Positions 15,773 to 30,700 of a stretch of 64,000 nucleotides of DNA are shown piece by piece. The position numbers and the translations under genes are program-made. Where the stretch lies: NCBI GenBank assembly GCA_963924565.1, contig OZ004610.1, positions 12,772,001 through 12,836,000 on the forward strand, given 5' to 3'. The notes under the pieces are model-generated. The model was not told the DNA's origin. It worked only from the letters and a program-made list of their open reading frames with translations, and searched no databases. The DNA is from Ascidiella aspersa (Eukaryota). Within the stretch, counting starts at the first letter, position 1; each line of letters starts with the position of its first letter.

Positions 15773-18700
15773 TCACCTTTTCCTGTGGTTAACAAACGAT
15801 CGGTCTGGAGTCCGAATCACGCCCAGCGCGCCCGCGTACACCTGATTGAAAAGCAGATGGCGAAAACCGCCCGACGACGTTGAGTTGCGCAGTGCAACAG
15901 CGTCCCTGGCGGCCGTTTTAAAGTCGTGTAGCTTGCCGCACAGGGGCGCCAAAACGGCGTTGCCGTCTTCGCCCGTGGCGGCATACATGTCCCAGAAGCC
16001 GACTGTCGATTGCACTGTCAAGCTCGACAAACGATCAGAGCCTTTATCGTCCGACAGAGCCAGGTTCGCCGCCGGGAATACGCGAAAGGGCACGGGGTGG
16101 TAAAGCAGGGGTGTCGAGTTCCTTGCCTGGCCCTTACCCCTGTAGTCCAGAAAGTTATAGTTGCTATACGAGTCCGGCACCGGTCCGCCGGTTCGCCGCA
16201 GACACGACACCAACGCGTCGGCGCTCAAACTTACGTTGGGCGACGTCAGTAGTGCGTAAGGCGGCGCGCTTTTGTCGTTGGACGCCAGGTCAAGGGCACG
16301 CACGATGCCGTCGGCGTACGCACCCTGCGTCGAAGCGTCGACGTCGCCTTGCATCGAGCCCCCAGATACGGACACCATGTCGGCGGTGGGATACTTGAGC
16401 TTGTACCACTTGACGATCTCGTCGGCCGACGGGCCCGACGTGTACGATTGCTTGGCGGCGTCGCGGTCGTCGACGGCGACGGCGATCAGCGTAACGCGGT
16501 CGTTTACTTGCGGAGAAAGGAAGGAAGGCTCGTAATGGTTCCGCATGAACGACTCGAAAAGCGACGATTGTGACGTGTGCACCGGCACGATGACGTAGAA
16601 ATGGCCCTGGGGTTTTCGGTCTGCAAGACAATGGAAGGCTTCGTTTTTAGGGGCAAAAAAACGCCCGATTAGGGCTTTCGAACATAATTGTCTGAGCAGT
16701 TTTTGCCTTTTGCAACCCTTTGTAAGACACATTCAAAGTTTATTACATTACGCGTCAAAAATTGTTATTTTGATCACAATAATTTTGTGCGTTGGATTAG
16801 AAAAAATATATTTTTTGCTTAAGCACCCTAAAATTGCCATGCTACAAACTGCGAAGCGCTTCGAATGCAGAGAGAATAATTAACTATCTTTTTTACGGTA
16901 AACTGGAAAAATCCCGGATATAACACAATAGTCTTTTAAATTCGGGTTTGCAAATTCAAAGTAACACCCAATTCCAGCAATAATAGCCCAGCAGTACGGC
17001 TTTGGGTATATAAACACGCCCCTATTATTCTCTTTGTTTGCATTTCTGTATTTGTTTGGAAGAGCGAAGCTCTATGCCGACGGCAATGCACACTAGTCAA
17101 CTATAACACAGACGCCCTTGTCAATCGGAGGTTTGTTTGGCATTCAAATGTGCCCGTGATTTTTTTTGTTATTTTGGCAGAAGCGATAACCGCTCCCTTT
17201 TGTCACACAAAAATTCGCACGCAGCAAATATTTGAAAAGCGACCTGGGAATTTTTATCGGGCTGAAGTGGCCACAAAGCCCCTTGAACGTGACTGTAGGT
17301 TCAAGTGCAGGAATAAAATCTACACCCCGTATAAGTTGGCTCCATTTGCGTTTTGCTATACCATACTAATAGGGTAAAAAAGCGCTTTAGAGATGGGTTT
17401 TTCTAACACAACCTTGAAAGAGAATCTAGCGTATGCAAATCTCTACATCGGTCTCTCCAAACATAGACTATACTTCGAAATTGTAATACGGTAAAGGAGC
17501 TATATAGAAATGTTTCATACATGAAAATGAGCGGTATCTCACGATTTCTTGGACAACCCTTTAGAGCAAAACTAGGGAGACGGGACTCGAGTAAGTACCA
17601 ATTTTCGACAGTTATAATGTCACAATCCGTAAATCGTAAGGGAAGAATTGCGTAAGTTAGATTATTTTTCCCACCATATATTGTGTGTGGATAACTCGTA
17701 TGACACTCCAATGAGTGAATTGCTGTGCACCCATCAATTTTTAGTTAAGTCAAATGGACAGAACACAGGCTGTAGAGTCAGAGCCGGACTCGGGTTTTAA
17801 CCTACTCTGCAGCCTTGGTGGAAATACTTACCAACTTGGAGTGAAGGCAAATCCCGGACTCCAGTCACTTCCAGGTCTCCGGCTGGTCGTAAAAGTCGGA
17901 CTCGGCGAATCTGAGGACAAAACGCGGACCGTTAACTATAACGACTTTGCACTTTTGGTTAACATAATGGACAGCGGTAAGTTAAAAATGAACAACTTTA
18001 TTATAACTCAAACGAGCACAAAAGAAACGCAATCGTTTAGACTAGGCCTTAGGATTGAAAGTATGATAAATTACTGCATTAGAGTCTTTGTTTAATATTT
18101 TAATAATAACGACAAAATTAGGTTAAATGTTAAGCAAAAGACTGCAAATTCAGGTCGACTTAAACCTACAGTTAGGATGTTAAACGAGAGAATCCGCCTA
18201 CTTAAACGATATAAGAACGAATAAAGCTTATAGTTTTCTGAATGTAGACAATTTTTTAGATTGGCAAACAATTTTTAAGTTTTGCAAGAAATAAAAATAC
18301 GACATTTGATACCCTGGTACAGTTGGAGGTAATTTTCAGTTGAATAAAATTAAATTATAGGTCTGACAGACGGAGACGTCAGAATAAAGCTATATAAGTA
18401 GATATGGGACATACGAAACACCAAACAAACAACTGAAAAATTCCCGTGGAATAAAGTTTAAGGCGTACTAAATCATGCGGAAAACAACGACCATTATTAC
18501 CCGTCAAACAGAGAAGAAAAGTTCCACGTTATTGCGCCTTTTCACATTTCGAACGTCATTTATCGCACTACTGCGTATAGTGGGGTTCAAACTCGACTAT
18601 AGCAAAATTGACCGGAAATTGATAACATGGCGGCAGTGAAACGCGTTAACGCTTGCTGGGTCAATTTACTTTGCCCCCTGCATAGCGACATTTCGTTGTC

Positions 18701-21700
18701 AATTAGTCGAGGCCTAAAAAAGCGGTGAAACAACTATTGCAAAATGACGACGAAATGAGGCGCATTCACAAGAAATAGGGGCATCAGAAAAGTAAAAGTT
18801 AATACAGAAAGGATAAGAACAAAATTGCCAGACGGAAAAAGTTGAATTGCCGGCGACTTCCGAACGACAGGCAACAAATGCTGTACTCGCGAATCACACG
18901 TTATTCATTACGTCATCGGTTGAGTTTCCCACATAACTACAAAGGTCGCCCGGATATGGAGTGCTCGCGAAAGCGGTGATTTTAAATCCGTGGAAAGAGT
19001 AGTGATCTATATAAAATTCTAGTGACACCCGCCATTTCCGCGCGAATACCCTTTATCATAAGGTTTTCACACCTTTGAGAAAACGTCGAAATTTCAATGT
19101 TGCTTAAAAGAGCAATCCTCTAAGAGTGTAACCTTAGGGCAGTGTTTCTCAACCTGCAGTGTTTCTCAACCTTTTATGCCTTGTGGCACCCCTCAGAAAT
19201 AATAAATAGATTGCGGTACTCCAAAGATGTTTTTAGATATCTAACTAGAATGTCACAATAAGCGGAACTGGAACAACACACATCAACTCTGCACAACGCA
19301 GGAAGTTTTAATTGGATTTATTCCACTCTAATCTTACACAAAAAATTGTAAGAGTTGAGCATTCTTAAATATTCCTTTCTTAAATACATAGCAAGATTTC
19401 TTTCGTGAATGACAAATTGTTGTTAAAATGGCGTAAGCCACATTTTGCGATTTAAAAAAGAAAGATGACACAAATGGAAACCTTTTGAACACACTAAGCA
19501 GTCATGGGGAGGATAATTTTTTATTAAAAATGTTGACCAAAATTTTATGTAGCACGGTTAAAACTCAATCAAACGTGCTCAGATTTGGTTTGCAAGGTTT
19601 TTAGATACAGCCTAACAATTCCAGGGGGTCCTCACTTAACTCCGACAAAAATTGTTTTTTTGAACAACCCTACTCAGCATACAACAAATAAATAGATCAG
19701 AGAGGCCACTGGAATTCAAATTTATTCCAGAAAAAACAGGAATGCGGAAAAAAGCATAGACAAAATCCCACCTGATCCGGTACGTTGCGCTGCTTGCTGC
19801 TGAAATACACGTCGAGCAGGTAGTCGGTGCCGCGGTGCGGGTCTGACCTCAAGTAACCGTCGCTCACGTGACTGTAGGTGAACTTGGATTGCTGGGGGTG
19901 GCCGATCGACTCGTCAATGCCGGTTTCCCCGACCTGGGGGCAAAGGGTGATTGGTTAAAACGGGGCGATGTCGTTTGAAATGGTAGGTAATGATAATTAT
20001 GCTCGATCCTCACAGTGATAATATTAATGTGACCCTAATAATTTAGACAAAAAGTTATTGCCTTGGTTACGATAGCAATGACCCGAATTGTGTGAACGCA
20101 GTATACCAGGGTTCGCAGCATATCAGGGTTGTTTAGCCAATATTACCTTTTATCGCCAATAATTTTTGTTTTCATTTTGAGGTAAACTAATGTTAACTTA
20201 TCGTTTAGTCAAGCTCAATATCGACATTTGCGGCAACCACGCATCGCAATTTCATTTGATATTCGACACCTTTTATGTAGATAGGGACGAAAACATCCGA
20301 GGAAAATTTGAATTGTAACGGTTCTTTGTCAGTGTTGGTAAGCCGAACTAGATTTTTGTGGACAATTGTTTTATTGGACTGTAATCGACACCGCGTGAGA
20401 GCATTGGTACTAGATCTATCGAGCATCAGATTCAATAGGATATTGCGTAACATTTCTAGTGAAATAGTTGATTAAGTTTGCGAAAATTTGTCCAATGTGT
20501 TTGGTATGAAAAAAAAAATATATATATTTTTTAGGTAAATCGACCGTGTTTAAACAGCAGTGCTTTAAATCGTTCGCGCCCTACGACATTTGTAAAACCT
20601 TGAGCCTGTACACAATATTTTCCACAGGTTGCTGCGATATTTCACGGTTAGTGTGCAACAGAAACGCGGCTTCACCTGTTTTAGATCAGCAAGCATGTCG
20701 TTAGTGATGTCATGTGTGACGTCAGAAGGAGCCAGGTTGTACATGGAGTCGACCTCGAACGACTGCCAGGCGTTGACATGACGCAATCTGCACAAATGAA
20801 ATGAATTTAAAATCAACTTGGGATTTTGTGTTTCTTTGACTACAAATTAATGTAACATGCTATCTTGCTTTGCTTTGTTCAAAAATATAGCAAATTATTT
20901 TAGATACATTTGCAAAAACATAAAAGATTAACTGTTTGATCAATGTAAATTTGAAAAGAATGTGTTCTCCCAAGGAGTGCATTATTGTTGTTATGTATGG
21001 AATACTTTTTTATATACACCATTCGAGGTAGGCTAAATATTCCAATAATGCAAACAGCGTGAAACAGCTATTTCAATCCAAAAACAATATTATCAGAGCG
21101 TTGATGGGGATTTTATATCTAAGACAACAGCGACGGTCGGCCGGAAAAATGAGGTCTTAATGAGCCATACAAAATCGCAAAATTACCAAACACCAAACTC
21201 TAAGCGCCCTCGCGTAATTTGTGAAGTAGAAAATAAAATTAGCCAATTCCATACCATTTGTTTTTCATTTATCCGAGCTGGGACAGATTAAAAAATCATC
21301 AGAAGTGGAAAATTGTTGAAAAAGTTTAAAGGCCAGGTAAGGCGGCATAATTAAGGCGGGGGCGGTACCTTTCATGATTAATACGATTCATATCATGCCA
21401 GCAGCGTCTAAATTGCACAGGGGAGGTGTGTTGGACTTATCCAAACAAACCCAAGCTTGCGAAAACCGCCAGACCAGGGCATGGCACACGTTGTTTGGGG
21501 AGAGCTGATTTTAGCCGCTGTAACAATATAATAAAGCGACACCAACGTGGGCTGTTTAGCGTACGCATAACAATTAGACGACTTTTAAGGAGTAAGGTAG
21601 TAGCTTTTAGGGCATTGTTCTAGACAAAAGCGGTATTGTTCCGTAGTTGGGAGTTTTTTTATTCAGGTAACAGCAGTGGGTTTTTAATTTCGCCTAAAGC

Positions 21701-24700
21701 CGTGGTCCACACATCCTATTGTTACGTTTGAGTGCGAGTTAAACAAAATTATTGTATGTTGAGTCACGACTCTATAATAAGAGGGTGCAAGGTAAACATC
21801 ACAGTATAAGTCAAAGCGCCAGGTCGTACGTTTGTGGCTTATATTCCGGGACTAGAGTCTTCTCCATCGTCAGAAAGCGCTGTTGTTCCAACGGCAAAAC
21901 AACGTTGGTGCGGTCCAGGTCCTTGCCTATGGCGAAAATCTCCTGCAACAAACAACACAAACATTACAATTAGCGTATCTGGAAATAAAAAGGCATATTA
22001 AATAAGGTCGACAGAAATGACAAAAAAAACGCCGCGAGTTTCTATAAGAGGGGGTTTACATGAGCTTTGACTGAGTCAAAAAATAAACAAATATAGAGAA
22101 GGATATTACACATTGTTAGACAATGATACTTTTGAACAACAACAAATGCACCCAAGTACATTCTACAGTAATCATACAAGACTGCAGTTAATCGAAAGAT
22201 AGCATTTGATGCCAAACAAGCTTGTTAAAGGGCGTAATATAAACACAAAGAACATTTCGGTTGTTAAAGTTTACCTCAACAGAATAAAAACCAAGTCTGT
22301 ACGGAGTGAGATTTATTTCAAATTCGATGACACTATTTGCCAAACCACACGTTGAAACTGTATAGCGAAAAATAACTAAAAACGGTATTACTAAAAATGC
22401 GTAATATTTGGTCGATATCTCTACGACAATGACGATACAAGATAAAAACTTAAGAGAAATATTGAAAACATGACCCAGATCAACAAAAATTGAAAGACGG
22501 GTTTTTGGTAGGGCTTTACAAATTTCCCTTCAAAAACAGGTTTTCATGCCGTTGTGATGGCAGTCCTAAGATGTTAAATCAGTGCTTCTCAACCTATGGG
22601 TCGCTGTTTGATTTGGTTGGGTCGCCGACCGCAGTAGCTCACCTGATTGTACTAATTGAGATTGGTTCTGAGAAAGATTTCTCAATTTGGAAAATTAAGG
22701 AAGCAATAAAAATAATGTCTTATAATAATAGTTATAATTCGAAATTCTTTATGCTAATGTCATTTTTTGTTCGCTTACAAAAAAAAAACAATTGGGTCGC
22801 CAAAGCTTAATTGTCATACTTACGCTTAATATTTGGGTCGCCGCGAAAAAGGTTAAGAAGCACTGTGTTAAATGATAGCAGTCTTAAAAGATTAATGCCG
22901 GTCTTAAACGTTGTGATCGTTGCCCTAAAACGTTTATCTTCCAAAAATAACAGTAACATGCCAACAACAATCATTATTGTTAAATTATGGAACCTCTGGC
23001 AGGCGTTCAATTTAACAAACTGAAAGACGTGAAAAACAAATTTCCAAACACGTTTTTCAAGATGTGTTTCTCAATGTGTTACCGAGGTGCTTATAAACCG
23101 TTTGAGGTGGCCTTGCAAATTGGCTTAAAGCCACCCGCAGTTCTATTTGTTTGCACGTGCAGCCATGGGCGGGAAGTTTTGGTCGAAATTGCGCCCCGGG
23201 GCGACTCAAAAGTACGCAGATTTATTTCGTCAGCTAAACTTATGATGTCCGTCGTTAGCTTGCCGCAGCCCACACCGAAAAACAGCATGATCTATATTAG
23301 GGATATACGTGTGCTATATATAATGGACATGCATTTTTAGGTTTAGGCAATAAGCGTTATATATTTGTTACACATTTCAATGTGTTTTTAATAAAGTTAA
23401 GGCAACGGATTTGTAACAGAAATATACTGTTTGTTATGTACTCAAATCTAAGTTATTAAAAAATGAAATAAACATTATTTATAACCAAATTTGCACCCGC
23501 ACCCATAATATTACAAACTTTTGCCAGTACTTCGTCCAAAAGCGAACTTAACCTAATCCTAGAAGAACAAGTAAAACTCGTTTGGATCAAATTCTTTGTT
23601 TGAAAGAAGTGTGTATTTCGCCCCAAGCAGCAGCATCAGTTCCTTTTAGTAGACTTCCTACGGAAGTTAACATTCCCTACTTTGGTTCTTCACCTGCGCT
23701 CTATCAACATCAGAAGGCCGATTTTAGTGAAAAGAGCTTACTTGTGGCGGCTTTCGGCTATTTCCCTTCCCGTGAAACTGACAAACATTGTAAACTTGCG
23801 TCATCGCAGTCGAAAAGTGATAAAATGCGAACACGTCATGCAGACGACGCAGTGAAACCTTGGAACCGCTTAGCAGAAATCGGCGATTTTTACGACGTTC
23901 CAACGTTAACGGAAATGTTAATAGTTGGCAGTAATGGAAACTTTGCTTTATGTGACTTTATATTGCTTCTTAAGGTTACTGTAACCGTTTTATGGAAAAG
24001 TCGTATTAAAACATGGGTGAAGTATTTTTTCGACAACTTCACTTAATCTCTGCCAGACAATGTATAACTTTCTATGTGGAATGACATTTTAACTAACTAG
24101 TTAACTTCTGCATTAAGTGTTATGCGAATAACAAGGCATTGTCGAAAGTATTGTTAACAAAGACTTGTCCTTGCTGCATTCAATGTTATGTTGGAAAACA
24201 GTCGCAATCATGAGTGGAATTTATGCGAGTAAGTTTAAAACATTACATATTTCGTACACACGCTTTGCCTTGGCCATAAACATTCTATTTGAACAAGCTG
24301 AACTCGCAATTCGACTTGTGCCCGCGGATCCGGGTTCATAAAACGCCGGTTCTCATGCGACGATCAAGGTTTATTAGAAAAAGTCAACAAACTGCTCTTG
24401 GCTGCTCCTTGAAACGAAAAGCGAATACAGAACTTGGTAACAGACATTGCTGTGAGTAAAAACTGATTAGGAAAATTGTACAGTCACAAATGGGGTTTAC
24501 TCACATAAGTAAATCCAGAGTATTTAAATAGTTCAAACAAATGGTACCATAAAAAACGGAATTTAAAAAAATTGCGAAAATTGGTAAATAGATGTTATAT
24601 TGTGAACTGCTTTCTTGTTTATTCGGTTCTAAAAAATACAAGATAAAACAAGTTTACAAGTTGGCAGATGTTTGTTTAACTTGGGCGCTATTGTCAACAA

Positions 24701-27700
24701 TGCCTTCTTAGTCGTATAGAAGCCTGACAAAAAATACAACGAAATTCCCGGACAAATTCCTTTTGATAAAAAACAAAATTGTTAAGCCCCGCTAAAACAC
24801 TCTTCTACACAGACTAAGAAAAACATAAATTGCCGAACGTATAATTCCACCAAAGTTAAAAACCCCGATATGGTTTTAGTAGTCGGAAGTCAACAAAAAC
24901 CAAAGCCAAACGTTCCAGCGTCGGAAGCATAGTCAAGGTACCATGTCAATCAAAATGTTAAACAAATGTGAATCGTTTTTCTGAACCATTCGTAGTTTGT
25001 TTTTCTGGTTTTAAGTTTCAAAGTAGTCCCGGAAATCGTTTCAAACACATATATGTGTACGACATAAAACATGACTTTCTACAAGGGCATTTCGGTGATT
25101 GGCATTTTCGGTAACACCCACGCTTCCTGGCGCCTTGATTACGTGCCATATACCAAAGACAATATTGTATGACATCGTTATTCCTTTGAATACACGCCTC
25201 AGACTTAGCCCATAAATCAGGGACACAATGAACTGGTAACAGAGCGTGGTAACTATTTTTATTGTACACAAACTAAGCAAAACGTAGATGAATGGAAACC
25301 GGATAACGGCGACAAGTCGAGCAAATCGTCCACGTGGAAGCAGACGTGAAGGTTTAAGCACCGGCGTATTTCGAATTGTTGGCTGCGAAATAATGAGGGC
25401 ACACGCACGTAGCAACCGCAGGAGCCTTCGCATGGACGTGTTGCCGGGTTGGGGTGGGCGGCTGGTATTTTGAAGCCAATATAAAAAGATTCGAAAAATC
25501 GCGTCTCACCGCAAAGGTTGACCTAGATTTTTTTAAACTCGAACAACGCTGTAAAAACTCGGTCGGGAGGTTCGGTTTAGTTTGTTTAATCCGCCACCCG
25601 GCCCCGGATAAAACTTTGGTTTTTACTAAAGGCAAATACTGTAAAGTTAACTGTATAATGTAAGTCTGTTTGTGCTTTTCACTGCGGAAATGAGAGCGTT
25701 TTAAGGTACGCAGAACGAAATAACGCAACGTTCAAGGTATTTTGGTCGTCACTGCTTTGCGAAAACATGGTCTCTGATTAAGCTTTCTCCAAACAGAAAG
25801 TCACAGATGTTTTTTGTCAGTTTGTATTTGGCCATTCGATTTATGGCGGGTTCGTTAAACTGTCGACGCCCGCGTAATATTATGATTCGGTCGCATCGGA
25901 GCTATAACTTTTTGAACCTATTGTACTGGGTAAATAGAAATCGAGTGCCAAACTCGTATACGTGGAAAAATTTAGATCGTTATGGGCGGCGACAAATTGT
26001 TGATCAAACAAACCTCACAATGAAATAGTTTTAGGCCGGGGCACGAATGGAATCGAATAATCGGGATTTTTATCGCGTCGATATATACGATCAGGCGCTG
26101 TGACATCACGCAACCCGTTAAACTTAAATGCGCATTAACAACAAAGCGGGCATCGCGCAACAACATTTTTAAACTTGATGTGACATTTAAGTGGAGCTTT
26201 AATCCTAAACTTCATTTGGACACGTTCCGAGACTTAATCATTTTCAACGGGATTGAATATACGAATTGCACACTGCAAAGGTATTACGCATTAAGACTAT
26301 AGTCTAACACCGGAAGAAAAGCGCACTGCATCAACACCTGACACTATTTTGCGGGTGTAGGTGAGTCAGTTTCCGCCTAGTAAGAAAAACATTACACAGA
26401 GAACGCGGAAGAGGATATTCTACTGCGCAACCTTTGTACAGGAGGGGTTACTTACGACGTACTCACCGCCTCCCCCTGGTATAGTGTCGGTGCCGTGTTT
26501 AACACAGGTGGAACACAGGTAGCGCGCTGTTAATAAACCGAAAGTGCAAAGATGCCGTTGTTTTTCGCTTTATGCACTGCGTCAAGAATCGGCTTTCCTG
26601 CGAGCGATTACTAAACGCGAAAAGCCTGCTTTACATTTTATTGGCGGCTTGAATCACAAGAATGGAAGACGCCGCGCGTCATCACCAGATAAATAAGTGA
26701 GGTTGCACAAGGGTTCAGACGGGGGGCTGTGACGTGTCACTCGTCGCAACAATGCACCAGGAGCGCAAATCACAATGCAAACCGCTTTTAAACAGTCGGA
26801 AATTTTGCAAAGCCCTTTAGCAAAAATCGGGACCGAGGAAAATATTAGCATTTAAATATTAGCGCCTGGCTGCAAATTAGGGATTTCGCGAAGAATGGCG
26901 CCCTTACACTTCATTTTAGAGATATTCGCAAAGTAAACAATCATTATTATTTTATAATCTACAATCGGTTGAATGTCGTTCGCCCAACTAAAACAATGTG
27001 TCGGCAATTAAATTCTCTTGAATTGCGCTTATAGGGTTAAATAAATATTCTGGATAAAAAGCGACTAATTTCCATTGGCTGTCCTCCGTGGTGACCCTGC
27101 TGACCTTGGGATTTGCCAATGGTAAGAATTAGACTTTAACTAACACGCCAAACCGCCGGCTGCCAGCAGCCTGAATAAACAGAAGCAATCGCTCCCACGT
27201 CTTAAAGCTGAATAAGATAAGCAACCGCGACAGGCCACGGTAGTATGAAGGCGCGGGCTGGAAGACTTTCCACAGTAAAATGTATCTATTGGCAATAAAA
27301 TAAACTGAAATCGATTCCCCGAGTTTAAAAAATACGCCGTTACCATGGACGCTTTGCCGGGAATACGATTGGGCTAAGAATGGCCCAGAAACGGGAGTCC
27401 GAAGCGACGCAGCATGCGAGGCCATGATAAATGGCGTTGTTACAATCGGAGAATATATGGATGCCTTATACGCTTTTTTGTTCTGAGAGCGAATGTTTGG
27501 ACTGCACTCAAGGCGACGAGGGGAGAGTCCTTTGACCAAGCACAACAACGCGAGATGGCCACAAGGGTCAAGTGCCCGTCGGGCGCAGTACTATATGTGA
27601 TTGTAAGGACGGACCTCGCGCGATTAGAAGAGCTTTATAGTAGTGTATCTATTTGGAGTTGGGGAGCGGCTTCACTCCAGGTATAAGTGAATATCGGTGC

Positions 27701-30700
27701 TTCGCAAACAACAGACAACGTTAGCGTATCGGACTTAGCTACAACCAAAGGAAAAGTGCGGTTTCCTTTTTAAAATAAAGAATACTCTGCTGTAAAACGT
27801 GTGGTGGTTAGGCAGTTCAATGCCTGCTGGTTAAAACAAATTACAAATCAACGTGCATATTGAGTTTGCAAAAGTTAATCACCAGCTCTTATGGTTATAT
27901 ATTTGCCTATCTCCGAATAGGTTACATCGCGATTCCTAGGCGCTAATGCTACGCTTTGACAGAGTTTCCCATTGGCATAACTGCTTTTTAGTCAATTAAA
28001 TAACAAAGCCGAAAGTCTAATGTGTAGTTATCAAAAAAGTAACAGCGCCTAATCTATACACAACTTAAGCACAGCCATAAATGATCGCGGGGTAATTTTT
28101 GTTAAAAATTTGCATACAAATTTCGTTCCTAATTTGCATACTTTTAAAGGTAACGCGACAGCCGTCAATGACGAATACGATAATAAAGTATCGAAAAATA
28201 TCTGCCTCAAACGGCAGTAGCAAACATGGCGATACACACTGTATTGCTGAATCAACACAGCAAACACTGCGCGCATGCATTACGCGCTACAAAGACAAAC
28301 ACTCGAGATTCGGGAGGCGTTTTAAGGGCGACGGTATGTTGACCGTTGTTCCTTAAATGTGCTGCCGCTGTGTTGACTTGTGACTAACGAAATCACCTTT
28401 TTTAGCGCTGAAATTTGCACTTGGTGTAAAGAATGTGGATAAGGAGCGATTGTATAGGTGGTGCAAAATAAACAGGGAGGGCACAAATAAAGATAAAGAG
28501 AAAATCCAGTCGGGGACTTTCGAAAAAATATTAGAAGTTTGCGTAACGTCCGATCCTATATGCTTTATTTAAACGCAATGGTGGGAACTTAAGTTTCTTC
28601 GCATGTTTTCCGGTTTGCGTTGTCAAACCAGACGTTGTAGGTGGAAGTTGTGGCAGGACTTAACTTTCTTTCAGTTCAACTCCACGTTTTATGTGTAATG
28701 TGGTTTCCATTTGGTTTTAAAAATATTAGAAGTCGACACAAAAAAAAAAACAACGCAAATCTATTTTTTGGCGATCAAAAGGCGGTACAGTTAATTCTAC
28801 TATACCGCCAAAATCATGAATTCCAATTTGGCAAAATATGGAAAAAACGCACAACCGTGATGATATGAGATGCCACAGACAAATGTGTAAGTTTTAGGCC
28901 AGCCGCAAACATCATCACCGGGCAAGCAAAATGTCCAATTCCACAAACCTGAGTGGTGGAGTTAAGTAGGAGACTCGTGTAGTGGCGATGTACCCGGTAC
29001 ATGATGTAGGGCACCTTGATGTGGTGCAGGGTGAGAGCTCGACTGACGTGGTCGTTCTCGGCAAGGTTGCCCAGAAAGGGCTTCTCTTCGGTGTACTCTT
29101 CTTGGTACGAGTGGTAGAACAGCTTGAGGGTCTGCGGGAAGAGAGGGTTGCTTGACAGATTGGTAAAGCTAACTTGTTTTTTTAGCAAATTTGATCAAAA
29201 TTGATTTTCACAAACTTGCAAGTGCACAATAGGGATGTCTGATATTATCGAGGATCGGCGTCGATAAGTGATAATATCGGTTCTCTTCCGATACCAGGGT
29301 GGCATCAGCTCCGATCCGATATCAAATTAATTTCAACTTCAGCCATGATTTGCAATCTAACGTATAGCAAATCTATCTTGAAGTGTAAATATTTTGGCCA
29401 TATAACCTAAAAAAATACCTTGGACCTTTGAATTTTGCCAATTTTGCCTAGTTGGTATACATAGTAATGAGGTATTTTGGATCGGATCAAATCGCGATAA
29501 TTTTAGTCTAAACTATCGGGTCTCAGTATCGAAATATTTTAAGTATCGCACATCTTTGTGCATCACCCAGAAAGCGTATTTTAATCGATAGACAAAACGT
29601 GTGTTTAAGGGCGTCGAAATTAACTATACTCATTTCGTTTCCCGCAACTTACGGTTGCAAGTTCGTCACGAGATAAAAAAGTAAACGTACCAACTGAATA
29701 AACAAAACAATTAAAACGTGTTAATTGTTTGTTTAGTGTGTGTGTTATGGCAAGTCGGGTCAAATGTTTTGGAAATGCCCACACAGCATGAAAAGCAAAT
29801 GGGTATATTTATTATGGACGTGACGCAATAATGTGATCATCCGATCGTTCCACGCTCAAGCAAGCGATTGGCAAAGGCGGGTGACGCTAATTTTCCAGTA
29901 AATCGAAGGGATGCTGTTGCAAGCGATGACATCACAATTGGTACTGGTTAGAAAAATAACATCCGTTGATTTGTTAGGACCTGCAATGACCAATTTCTGA
30001 CCACGCATTTAGAACGGATTTGTTTGCTGGTTTCTTTTAAACAAGGTAATTAGCGGCGATTATTAATGTTAATCACTGGTTGCGCAAAAACAGAAATAAA
30101 CAAATGATCCATCTTAATCATAAGATGAAATATTTTTGGTTTGATTACTGATAAATACTGTTTGCATTGTACAAAGGTAACTAAGTTCTACGCCTAACCG
30201 AGTTGCTTGTTTAGTAGTTTCGACAAAATTACTACAGTGCAATCAAAGGACAACTGTCTGTCACCTTCTGATGTCCTATACTTACCAAATGTCATAAGTG
30301 TTGCTGTAGGTGAAACAAATTAAAACATCGAATGAATCAGCACGCTAGTTTGCAATCAAATATTACGAAAGATGACCCACAATTACTTGCACGTTAAGCC
30401 TCCGAAAATTTAATGAGTCGGGTTCCGCTATTAATAAGCACAGTATTAAAATGCTTTGTTGTGTTGTGTGTGTTTGTTTGTTTGGCCTGGTCGGTTGCTA
30501 GGTAGCCCTGACGTTCGAATGTAGCCCCAGAAATGTGTAACCAACGACACCTGTTTTTTTTTAACATCATTACTGCATTGGCGCTATGTTAAAAATAAGG
30601 AGTGTCGCCTTATCCCGCCTTAATTTGCACCATAAGGACAGTGAGTGTAACACATATTGATTTTGTTGCCCGCTACTCTCTACGCGACTGTTTGACCAAG

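Noticed and set aside
15846-16631. Multiple antisense and alternative-frame ORFs
   Set aside because: Shadows of the GC-rich final glycosyltransferase exon.
23582-27686. ORFs of 120-154 aa inside intron 7 suggesting a nested gene
   Set aside because: Several start at TTG, composition is Leu/Phe/Arg-rich and non-coding-like, and I found no domains or linked splice sites.
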